Of a stretch of 64,000 nucleotides of DNA, positions 1 to 11,429 are shown piece after piece. Under the pieces are notes generated by a model. The model saw only the letters and a list, made by a program, of their open reading frames with translations. It was not told where the DNA came from and made no database searches. The translations under genes were made by a program, and so were the position numbers. The DNA is from Moniliella sp. 'wahieum' (Eukaryota). Within the stretch, counting starts at the first letter, position 1, and every line of letters begins with the position of its first letter. The DNA is taken from assembly GCA_003971905.1 (NCBI GenBank), contig RSEE01000006.1, positions 1,116,001-1,180,000 of the forward strand. The letters run 5' to 3'.

Positions 1-74
1 GCTGTATGTACTGACGTTTACCGGAGTACTGACTCCGTCCTCCGTCCCAGTGTGGAAGACGATCATTAATTCAG

Positions 75-101
75 GCATCATGCATCATGCATCATGCATC
101 A
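75..101. repeat. Heptamer tandem repeat (GCATCAT)x~4
   Basis: Directly visible; contains ATGCAT palindromes at 7-bp period. Confidence 0.9.
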
Positions 102-576
102 CTAGTCACTGATTGTTGAGCGTTAAACGTTAAGTACGTTATAAGCATTGCGGATCACCGATGGTATCGTCGCTCATGCATCGTCAGGGCTTGAGGCGTC
201 CGTTTGGGCTGCTCGTGGCGTCTGATATACATACCCCCGGCCTATCGCAACACCAGACCAGTGCCTCTCTGTGTGAGATCACTCGCAAACGTGCATACCT
301 CGATAGTCGATAACCGCATCGCCAGAGTAATCCACCGTTCCTGGCACACCAGAATTCTTCGGGCAGCCCACCACCATCTGTCCCCCCTCCACGGCCATCG
401 ACCAGCCATCTATCGATCCTCTGTTGGCCGCCGAGCCCCGCGCCCCACCACACCCCCCTGTTGTGGCTGTCTTATCCTCCGAAGTTCTCGCTGAGGCTGT
501 GGGTGCACCCACCATCATCATATTGTTCTGCAGTATTACAAGTACCCGGCGTGTCACCTCAGCTCAGCACTCTGCC

Positions 577-1937
577 ATGTCTCGTGCGTATCCCCAGCTC
601 CCAGCCCAACAGAGCTACCACCTCACTCCACCTGCTTACCATCTTGTTGTGTCTCTTCCGCCTGCCCTGCCATCGCCCTTCCCTGGTTGATTCGCCATCA
701 CCGCCATCATGCTCTCCCTCACCCACCTGCTCTTGCATCAACCCACAGGCGCGCAGCTGGCCCATCCAGCCCCCTTCTCGTCTGCCCCCCGTGCCTGTTT
801 CCGCCCCAGCTTTCATACCTACTCTGCCTCGTCCGACCTCAACAGCGCCGCACTTGACAGCGTTGCCCTCGACAACCTCTGGAGCGATGGCGACGAAGAT
901 GAGGACGACGATGATGACGACTGGCTCCCTTCTCCGGCATCCACCTTACCCTCCGTGTCCTCTCACAGGCCTTACCGCCTCGACAATGGCTCCATCCGCC
1001 ACCTTCCCATCCCACTTGAACAGGATGCCCGCGTCCTCCTCGGCCAACCAATCTTCCTCCCCGATAAGGATGGATTGATCAAGCGACGCATTGTGGTTGG
1101 CCTCGCCGACTCGGATGCGGAAGAAGAGAGAGAAGCGGGTACGAAGCCTTGCCCAAAGCCACCCAATCCCTTGCACTGTACTGACCTTACTTTTCTGTAT
1201 CCAGAACTGTCGAGCGACGACGGTGAGTCAATCAACAAGAGTCCTGTTCCTGTGTATACGCACCAACGCCGACTCCATACCCTCGATGCTCTCTTTGTGC
1301 AGACCAACCAGACTACAGATGAGTCGACGTGGTGCGCCAGCGCACCGCGAAACGAGGATCAGCTCTTTTCCCTTGCTGTGCCGGTCTTCAATATGACCAG
1401 TCTCACCGAGTCGGATTTGGCGGATGGGATCCGCACCCAGCTGGAGCAAGACCAGCTGGAAGATGGCGAAGAGGAAAAGACGTTTGTCTACATCCAAGCC
1501 CGCAGTCCACGTCCTGTCGCCGGGAATGTGGACAGTGCTTCCGTTGCCGGCGGCTGGCCTCCGACCTTGCGCCACCACATGATCCAGTCCATCATGGGCT
1601 TCGTGAACGACTTCCCCAGCCCGAATCGGCCAACTTGGCCATCATCATCGATCCCGATACGCCGAGGGATGGGTTTGTAACTCTTCTCTACCTGTGCTCG
1701 GACGACGATCCTCACGTGGCCGAAGAAAGCGGGCGTCTAGCCAGCTTGGGCATTACCGAGGGCCTCGACGCGTTTGTACGAGAAGGGGTGCGGGTCAAGG
1801 CGGACGAGGCATGGGTAGCAATCAGTACGGCGGGTTTCAATGGCACGATGGACGAGGCTGTGGAGCCACATGCGCAGCAACTGGCTCCTTGGGCGTCTCC
1901 CTTTGGAGTACAGGATGTGCACCAGCACCTGCCTTAA
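577..1937 (+). CDS. Hypothetical protein, frameshifted in assembly
   Basis: ATG at 577 (MSRAYPQLP...) joins ORF 709..1680 (acidic tract DGDEDEDDDDDDW) and the end of ORF 1329..1937 (AIIIDPDTPRDGFVTLLYL...VRVKADEAWVAIS) through apparent indels. Followed by a pyrimidine-rich 3' UTR. No confident family. Confidence 0.6.
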
Positions 1938-3669
1938 TTCCTCTCTCTCCTCTCCTCTTCTCGCCTTCCCTTTATTTCTTTCGCGCCTCCAATCTCTTGG
2001 CCTGCAGCGGCCCCGTCTTCCCACCTTCCCTTTCTCTGTCCCGCGGGGCCTTTGGCTCTCGCTCTGGTTGGGCCCACACCGTTGGGGAACCTCTGCAAAA
2101 CGTCTCCTGCCAATGGGGGAGGGACACAGTAGCTCTTTCTTCCTCCTCACCTACCACATTCTCTTTCACTCGATACCTTCGCCGTTGCGGAGGTGTGGGT
2201 CCCAAAAAGAAAAAGGGCCCCTAAAGCCTCACCTTGACTAGCCAGCTTCGCATTGCATCGCCCCAGAGCCCGAGACTGGGACCTCGGCCCTCTCCAGGAC
2301 GGGCCGACCCATTGACATTGCCAACATTGTTGTACTTTTTCCAGCTTTTGCTCTCTCCCCCCACCCCCTTTCCCCATCTGTGTTCATGTGTCCATGCCCT
2401 CCTCTCGCCCCAGCGTGGCTGCTTGTGGCTGCTACAAAGGATGCACGGTGCCTATTCATTCATAGTCATTGGCATTGACGATTCGCCAGCCCCCTGAACG
2501 TCCTGTCCGGTGGGGCCGCGCGAACAGGATGGAGAGTGGGATTGTATGTAGGGCCTTGGAGGCTGTCAGCGGCGCGTCAGGGGAGTAAGATAAAGTGATA
2601 CAGCTCGGGTGCGAGAGACGAGACAACAAAATCAGCAACGAGGGGCAGATGGGGCGGATCAGTCCGGACGGACGCCAAAGAAGGCTCTCACCGTAGGCCC
2701 CCCAAATTAAAATTCTCAGCCAGCAGCGGGATGCCGATACCACGACAGGGGTACCAAGGCTTGTCGTGCTCCGCTCGAGCACATTATGCATATGACTCTC
2801 CTGGACTCAAGGTACTCAAGCCCCACACACGATAGGTACTTACTACCTGTGTCTTGCGGCCCAGGCTCAGGTCCGCACAGTTAACTCCGGTCATTCAATA
2901 TTCACCCCCGACACCTACGAGACTAAGGTTCCCTAGCTCACTCTATGGAGCCATGTCAGACACCCACTCCCCTGTCGAGCATTCCAAAGGGTTCAAGTAA
3001 AACCTCGCTGTGTGAGTACTACAAGCCTCACTGTGAGTATATAATGCCCCACCGCCAAATACAGGGGTGCGCAACGCACAGCGTAAGGAACGAACGCCCT
3101 CAGCAAGGGACAGAAAAGAAGCGGGAACAGAAGCGGAGAAAGGCGGGTCGTACATATCTCTCGTCACAGAAGGGGGAAGTTGACCCAGAACAGGGAGCAC
3201 AGCTCATCTGAAAAAAAGAGGGATGGAGAGATGAGATCGGCATGTGCGTGTGTGAAGCATGGATGCGCGCCACCAGGGCCGCAAATTCACCCGCTATTTG
3301 TCTGCTGAAAGACATGCACACGCACAGACCGCGAGCCAAAAGGAGGACGGGAGCAACAGGGAACGGAAAGAAGGGTATTGTGTCACAGGAAATGGGCGAA
3401 ATGGACGAAATGGGCGATCGTGCAGTGATATGGAGTGACAAAACCTCGTCATCACCGCACGCTTCGCAAAAAGGTTTCGAAGGTTAACACTGAAGAATGA
3501 TCTTGGGAGGTCGTATGGTGTGGCCGAGTATAACCCAACGCTCAGTCCGTACACGCCGGTGGGAAAAGGGAAGAAACGTATATAGCAAAAAGGAGCAACT
3601 CTGTTGTGTGATCAACCAGTAGAGTAACTGAACACTCATCAGTACTCAGTGGTGGTACTCTGAGGGGTA

Positions 3670-5760
3670 TTAGGCACCCGACGCGTACCCTGCTTCGTTG
3701 TATCCTACCACTTGGTCTTCGTTGGATACTAGCGACATATTGACCGAATCCTGCCCGGACACGGGACGAGGAGCACCAATGAGGGTACGAGGTACGGAAG
3801 CAGAGGCAGTACGGGCATGCGTACCGCCCATCTCCCGTTGAGCCACGGAGGTGGACCGTCCATGACCACCGGCTGGCATGTCCTCCTCCGGTACAGGTTT
3901 GGTCAAGCCAGCTGCTGCGGCTGCTTGGTACGACGCAAATTCTGGCTCTTCGGGATCCGACACGACCGTCGAGTCCCGCATCACCCCGGGCTGGGCATAA
4001 CCAACACTCGTGCTCGCCCCATACTCGGCCGATGTCCAACTCTCGCTTGGGCGGGGAGCATGCACCGGTACCCCGCCCTGACCGTCCAATGCGATAGACC
4101 AAGGATCATCGACGAGAGGGTCCGTAGTGAAGAGCGCAGGCGGCGGTGCGGTGCCGCTCATCCCTTCTTTCCCTCTTCGAGAGGGTAGGCGGGATGAGCT
4201 CGGTAGCGTTGGTCTTCGGAAGCGGTATAGGCGTGTCCGATGGGTCCTGACGACACCATGGCGCCATCGTCATATGCCGCCGCTGGAGCCAACGACTGAT
4301 CCGCATACGCTTCGTCCAACCCCGATTCCAGGTGTGGGGGAGACGGCGAGGGCACCATTGCCCGGTCCAAATCAAATGGATTCTCTGCTTCCGAGGGAGT
4401 GATGACCGAATCGTGCGCACCCGCCACGATCATGGAGGAAGTAGTGCCGTTTTCCGGAATCTCAAGTCCCAGTGTTTCGACCGCCGGGAGAGGCCGGGCG
4501 CCCATCTTTTCTTCGTGGGACATGGCTCCCAAATCGTCCAGATCTTCCATTTCCTCCTGGTCTGGGTACCCCCTCCGGTTGGGAACACGTGGGTACCATG
4601 ACTGAAGCTGCGAGGCATCGGCACGGGAAGATGGGGCATCTTGATCCCCACCAGCCAACGGGGAAGGGACCACAGGGTTAAACATAGATCCATGGGTCCC
4701 TGCAGTAAAAGTTACTTGAGACGCTCGTCTGGCCCCGTCTGGCCCCCAGCCCGCACCAGGCCCTGCGCCCGTTCCCAGTCCAGCGCGATTCTGCATACTG
4801 GCATCAAAGAAGGGTCCTGAAGTGGGAAGGGGAGGCGCCGGTCCGCCAAACATGGAACTCGACGGACGGGAGCGAGAGTTGTAGTAGGAAGCAGGGCGAG
4901 AACCTGGGATGGGTCCATGACGGCCATCTCCACCAGAAGTCCAGTCGACTGAGATGTGGCTCATGCGTTTGTCAATCTTCTCGGCAAAGTCGGCAGTCTT
5001 GTTGTTACGGTTGATGTGGAGCTTGCGAATGACAACGATAGCCACCACAAGTACAAAAATGATGGGACAGACAATGGCTGCTGTCTTCCCTGCGCCCGTC
5101 AGACCACCCGAAGCATAAAAGACAGAGATGACTTTATCCGTGGCGGAGGGGTCTTCCATTGCGTCTTTGGGCGGGTTGTGGCCCTTGGTGGGTGCGACGT
5201 ACGTGGCGGTCCAAGTGGGACCGGTGGGATTGGACGTGTCCCAGGGCTGGTTTCCAGAAGGCACAATGTTCATGTACAAACTCTGGTTCTGAGACGTGTG
5301 CATCATCAATCCACCAACGCGGAGCCAGCTTGACGGTCGTGCTGCCCTTCTTCGCAGGAATGGCACGCCACCCATGAATGGGGAGAAGGAGAGAGGACTT
5401 GTTGAGTGCGTATAGGTAGATATCAAGCGACCCAGTGCCAAAGCAGGAAGTGTCCCACGACAGGGTTGTGTCGACGGAACTGTCCACCAGCGCGCCATTG
5501 GCGGGGGCTAAGTAGCCCTGGGCTAGGAGGCACTCTGTCTTGTTGACTAGAGGGAGTGTGAGCGTGGACAACAAGAAAAGGGTTAGTGGTGAACGTGGGT
5601 CACTGCGAGAAAATGGTCATGAGAAGAAGAAGCAACGCACGTCCACGCTTCTTGTTTAAACTGTACCCGTCTTGTTCTATGTGTTGGGGGCGGCGCTGAT
5701 GTACCAACTTGTGGGGGTTGGGGCTGGACCGGCCAGCAGGGGCGGGGCGTGTTGGGCCAT
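3670..5760 (-). CDS. Single-pass membrane protein with extracellular N-terminal domain and long disordered cytoplasmic tail
   Basis: Probable ATG at 5760. Intron GTGCGT...CACTAAC...CTAG at ~5547-5640. Then VNKTECL...LSWDTSCFGTGSLDIYLY, TM helix AAIVCPIIFVLVVAIVVI followed by RKLH...KIDKRMSHISVDW. ORF 3670..4161 continues it after a frameshift. Confidence 0.7.
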
Positions 5761-6351
5761 GGCCGTCAAAGGGGAAGGAGAGTGAGCACAAGGGGCGGGC
5801 GGACGAAGGGGAAGGGGCGATGGGAGAGGTGGGGTGGCAGAGAGAAGCAGGCAGCGGTGCTCCTCTCCGACGGCGGCTTTTCGCCTCTTGGGATCTTGCG
5901 TGTGGCGCACCTTGGTGCCGACGCATCTTAATGGCCCCTGGAGCAGAACCGTGGCCCGGCGCCAGTCTCAGCGGGCGCGCCATGGCACATGACGGTTAAA
6001 TGATCGAGTCTGCTGGGCACCGCCCCTGCGCTGCCCCTTGACATCAAGCTTCAGCCCCCCCCCCACCTCCCGATACAGCCCTTTCATGTTTCCTCCTGCT
6101 ACGCCCGAACGCCCGCGCCATCGGAACTGCAAACTCCATGGCCTCTCGCCACATCGTTCTTTCTCGATGCTCCACCTTCCACTACCCCCTTCTGTCCAAT
6201 ATGGCGCCGTTTCGTTCGCGATGCAATCTGATGACATTGAATTTTCGATGAGTACAGCCACCCCGCGGGCAGGGCTGGCCTATGCCACAGCCCCACAACC
6301 TGGACTTCTGTGGGGGCAGTCGGAACAACAGACAAAAAGAGCAACTGCGGC

Positions 6352-7386
6352 TCAATCGCTGCGACCCCAGGCGCGAGAGACGGGCACCGCGTTGGCACCC
6401 GTTGAGGCCGGGTTTCTCCTGGCCTTGACCGGCTTGCCCCCCTTGGCGGGGTTGGAGCGTTTGGGTGTACCGGGCTTACCTTGGGGCGGTCCCGACTTGC
6501 CTTTATCCGTTGTGGCATCAGGACCGGACGGCGTGCCATCTTCTGAGAAAGAGGTATGTTTTCCCCTGCCGCCTTGGTTTCGAGGATCTTGGTATGGATT
6601 TTTTGCCTCTCCTCTTTGAGCTTGGCATTCTTGGTCTTGATCCGTTCTTGTCGGTTAGCCCCAGTTCCTCCACCACCTGAAAGAGAATATGAGGTGAGAA
6701 AACAGGCCCGCAGGAAAGAAAGAGTGGAAGATACATACCTGCTGTGAGCTCAACTGAGATATTCTTGCCCTTCAAAAACGTTCCATGCCCCTTGAGCAGC
6801 GCTCTTGGGCAGCCATGGCGTTGTCAAACTCAACAAAGGCACACCCTTTGCTCTTCCCACCCACGCCTGGGGGTGGAGGTTCGGTGCGCGCCTGGACTGC
6901 AGCACGCTGACGAGCTGGGAGTTTACTCAGGCCTTCTCGGTCCCATGGCTGGGTCAACAGCCGTACAGACGTCGGCTTTGCCTGACAAAAGCCTCCAAAG
7001 TGAGCCTGGAGATCGGCAGGCAGAACATTGGGAGACAACGACCCAACAAAGAGGATGTACTTGTTGGCCTTGGCCTTTCCCTTGTTCTTTTTCTTCTGGG
7101 ACGAAGCTTCGCCCTCTTCATTGCTTACGTTGTCAGCCTTCGCACCCGTCTCGTCCGTATCCGTTTCGCGCTTGCGTTTCTGTCCCGCCTTGGGCTTGCC
7201 TGCATCGCTGTCCTTGTCCTTGCGCTTGGACGCTGCCGGGGGGGCAGGGGTATCGGCTTCGGGGGCGTCGTCGGTGAGGGGGAGAGCCTGGAGGTCGTCG
7301 AACTTAATCTTCTTCTTGTCGTGGCCCTGCTTGCCCTTGGCACGGAAGGCAGCAGCCTTGGCCTGTTTCTTGTTGGTGGGCGGCAT
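6352..7386 (-). CDS. NOP6: Nucleolar RRM protein, Nop6-like
   Basis: Lys-rich N-terminus, RNP2 YILFVGSL, RNP1 KGCAFVEF, ISVELTAG|GGG across intron 6677-6738 (GTATGT..TTTCAG), C-terminal TGANAVPV. Confidence 0.8.
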
Positions 7387-8640
7387 GGTGGTGGTTGGTC
7401 TGGCGATCCCATCTACCGAGTGCACGCACCGCACACGCAAAAATAAAAATTGCCCGGAGGCGGAACAGGCATTGGGAGCAGCGGGGCGGAACGGGGCGGA
7501 ACGGCCCCAGGGGGGTGCGCCGCCTTACTCCATATATGGGCTCAACTTGCATTCTACTCCTCCATATCAAAAGCCAAACAAAATTGCCCCAGGGCGCAGC
7601 GAGGTGCCCAGGGAAGTGACAGCTTGTCGAAGCCTGGGTTCGGCTTTCTCTCTCTGCAGGACCAGGCGCATCTGTTGATGTCTTCCTCAAACTTTCGCTG
7701 TCTTGGCTTGGGGCTTGTGAGGCAAAACTTGGTGGGATATATAAGACACACCGTAACTTGAGGGCGATAAACAAAATGGGATGTTGTGGCCGTCTTGACG
7801 CCCTCGACCGGCCCGTTATTGAGAGGAAGCCTGGGGATGAGAAGGGGATATAGCGGCTTATATAGCCAAGATGCCGGGTGGCGTGATTCTATGTTAGAGC
7901 CTCGACCCCTACGGTATATTATGGAGAGACCTGGGGAGGCTCAACGCAGTTTGGTTTACTCATGACTTTTGCGCAGGCTGAGCTCTGCTGAGTCCCGTGA
8001 GTTCTTTCGAATTGCTCCCCGCTTCCCAAATCATCTCCCAGCTGCGCCTATAGTATGGCAAGCATCACCACGTTTCGGAAATGACACACAGCCTTTTGAC
8101 TGCGGATCGTTCTCGTTTCATCCCCACCTCGGGCATCTTCTCCCCCGGGGAGGAAAGAAAAGCTGTGTGAGGCCGCCGCCGGCTGCAGCCTGCTGGCCTG
8201 TTGGCGGTCGGGAGGACGGTGGGAAAAGGGGAATGGGGAAGGCGGGCAGCTGCACGGACCTGCGGGCGGGGGGCGGGGGAGGAGGGGGGACAATGGAGGC
8301 GGGGGTGACTGGCGAGGACAGAAGCGACAGGAGTCAGGAAGCTCGTGCTCAGGCCGCAGCCGGCGCCGCCCGACGAGACGACACTGCGGCGGGGGGCGCG
8401 GTGAGGCGGTGACGTCACATCACATCGATCACCCCACCCCAGCCGGCGGGCAGGGCACGGGGGCGGTGTGTGTGCGCCCCGCACCCACACTGGCCGTGCA
8501 ACGGCACGCCCATCCACCCAATCGCCAGTCCCATCGATCAGCCGCCGTGGTCAGAATTTCACGCGGGTTCTGCTGCGCTGGCCTGTTTCCCCTCCTTGCG
8601 CCCCACCCTCCCCACCTCCCCTCCACCACCCCTCCCCCCC

Positions 8641-10905
8641 ATGCCCAACTCCAGCCCCCACGCCGCCGGCAACGGCAAAGTGCCTGCCGCCCCCCCGGCC
8701 ACAGCTGGGCGCCCAGCGTCAACGCCGCCGACATCTTGGCCGAGGGTGGGTGCTCAAGAAGAAGCGCAAAAAGATGCAAGGCTACGCCAAGCGCTACCTC
8801 TACCTCACCTCCCAGGGCATCCTCACCTACTCCATGGCCCCCGGCAAGCCCACCCGCGACTTTATTGAGATCCCGCACGCCTCGGTCATCAGCTCCAAGC
8901 GCCACGGCACCATCCACGTCGACTCGGGCTCCTCTGTGTTCCGTACGTCCTCTCTGCCCCCTTTGCCCCCTCTCTGCCTCCCTCCCCCCCGCCTCTAACC
9001 TTGGCCCGGCCTCGGCAGACCTCAAGACCCTGTCCGCCGCGGACTTTGAGATGTGGCGCACCGAGCTCAAGACCTTCATCAGTGAGCGTCAGGGTGGCAG
9101 CGCGGTGAGCGCGCGCCGTATCTATGTCGTTGACGCGCGCGGCAGCAAGGATTTGGTTCGTGTTGACTTGGGCCCTGTCTTTGTCCACAGCGATCGGGTT
9201 GGTCGGTCGATCCAAGCGGTCCAAAGCGAGCTCGCTGTGCTGGCTTCGAGTGGTACGTGGGCCGTTGTCTTGTCTTGTCTTGTGCTTTCGTAGCTGCTGA
9301 CCCTTGTTGTTCAACGCACAAAAGCAGGTGCACCGGCAGCCGAGGTGCACAAGATCCAAGCGTTGGTCAATGCTCTGCGGAAGGAGCACACTGAGCTCAG
9401 CGCCCTGCTCTCCTCCAAAGTGCCTCAGACGGACGCCAATGCGGAGGACCCTGTGCTTCCGCTCGATGCGATTGACCGTTCGCAACGCCCTCAGAGCATC
9501 ACCAGCACAGTAGGGGACGAGGATGCAGTCTTTTACGATGCGGACGATGTTGATTTGGACATCACGACGAGGCTTCGGCCGAGTCGACGGAGGAGGGTAC
9601 GGCGGACGACTCAGAGGATGCCGATGACGACGATTCGGACGGCTTGGAGCAGTCCACCTCCCTCTTGGCTGTCACTGATGACAAGGAGCCGCCGCATCGG
9701 ACCAAGTTGCCCTCCAAGGTAGCCGGAGACGATGTGGGCATTCTGGGTGTGCTCAAGAAGAATGTGGGCAAGGACCTGTCCACGATTAGTTTCCCCGTCA
9801 CCTTCAACTTGCCTCTCAGCTTGCTTCAGGCGGCGGCGGAGGATTACGAATATGCACCGGCGTTGTTGGAGCGGGCGGCGCAGACGCAGGATTGGTCGGC
9901 GCGTCTGTGTTTGATTGGTGCGTGGGCGGTGAGTGGGTATGCGGCGAGCAAGCTGCGCGCCAGTCGCAAACCCTTCAACCCGATGCTGGGCGAAACGTTT
10001 GAGTTGATCCGCGATGGCGGCGCTTAAAGTTTGTTGCGAAAAGGTGGTGCACAACCCGCCGATTGTGGCCACCTATGCGAGGGCCTGGGTTGGCGTGCCC
10101 ATGGCTGGAGCACAGTCAAACAGAAGTTCTGGGGCAAGAGTTGGGAGCTGATCCCCGAAGGTTCGCTGACTGTCGAACTGCTCGAGCTGGGCGAGACGTA
10201 CACGATCAAGAAGCCGGGCGCGTTTATGCGCAACTTGATTGCCGGTCAAAAGTACTTGGAGTACGTGGGTGAGCTGAGCGTCACGAGCGTCAAGACGGGC
10301 CAGATGCTCAAGGTGGACTTTAAGCAGGGCACCGTGCTCGGTGGTGCCGGCAGCCGGAACCATTTGGCGGGCAACGTGTACGACGCCAAGGGCTCCAAGG
10401 GCGTCGCCGTCAAGGGCAAATGGACCGAAAGCTTTGCCATTCAGCACGACAAGGAGAACTACCAAGTCTTGTGGGAAGCTGCGCCGTTCCGCCCGATGCC
10501 GAGGCGTACTATGGATTCACCTACTTTGCCATCTCGCTCAACGAGCTCCTTCCGCGCTCTGCACCCTACTTGCCCCGCACGGACTCGCGCTTCCGCCCCG
10601 ACCAACGCGCGTTTGAAAATGGCAATGTGGACCAAGCTGAAGACCTCAAGCAGGCCGTCGAGACGGCTCAGCGTCGGCGTCGCGCCGAGCGCGAGGCGGC
10701 CGGGATCGAGTACCATCCTGAATTTTTCCATCCCGACCCGGCCGGCGCGACGACCGGCGAGGCGGGCGCGCAGCCGGATTGGCTCTATGGCGGACCCAAC
10801 CACGTTGAATACTTTAAGAAGCGCACCGAGGCCATTGAGGCTGGCCCCAAGAAGGCCCAGGCCGTGTGGGATGCAGTGGTGCCCGAGGTGTTCCAGACCA
10901 GTTAA
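8641..10905 (+). CDS. OSH3: Oxysterol-binding protein homolog with PH and ORD domains, Osh3-like
   Basis: PH: GWVLKKKRKKMQGYAKRY. ORD: KNVGKDLSTISFPVTFNLPLSLLQ, KPFNPMLGETFE, KVVHNPP, KFWGKSWEL, LPRTDSRFRPDQRAFENG. Introns 8943-9018 and 9253-9327; several frameshifts. Confidence 0.9.
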
Positions 10906-10915
10906 ACCGAATTGC

Positions 10916-10959
10916 GTTGCCGTTGCCGTTGCCGTTGTCGTTGCCGTTGTCGTTGCCGT
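10916..10959. repeat. Hexamer microsatellite (GTTGYC)n just after the OSH3 stop
   Basis: gttgccgttgccgttgccgttgtcgttgccgttgtcgttgcc is directly visible. Confidence 0.85.
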
Positions 10960-11429
10960 CCGTCCTGCGTTGCGTGCCCTACTCTTGCCTCTTTACTATT
11001 GCGTTCCTCTATAATATGCTGTCCCCGTGTTGGATGAACGATGAGCCACGCGGCGGAGCGAATGTGGTTCCTCAGCTTCAAGTCGATGTTTTGTCTGTCT
11101 GTCTGCTGCGGCTGGGGTGTGGCAGTATGGGGATTGGGTAGAATGGTAGAAGAGCGGGGGCAGTAAGAACAGTTCCGACAGATGGTGGTACATGGGGGCG
11201 TAAATAACTTAGCGCCTGGCCATCTTGCATTGAAAAAAAGGCCAACGGCGCGCCGTCAATGGAAATGGAGACGTACATGTATGCGGTGACAGTGGCTCCG
11301 GCAAGGGGAAAGAGAGGAAAAGGAAGAGGAGAAAGGGGCAGGAGAAAGAGAAGAGAAGAAAGGTACAGCGGAGGAAACCTGCCAGAGCCGAGCCGAGCCG
11401 AACCGAGCTGAACTGAGCAAGACTCGTTT

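Noticed and set aside
1..180. Possible telomere or CRISPR-like array at the window start
   Set aside because: No TTAGGG tract and no repeat-spacer structure; only short heptamer tandems.
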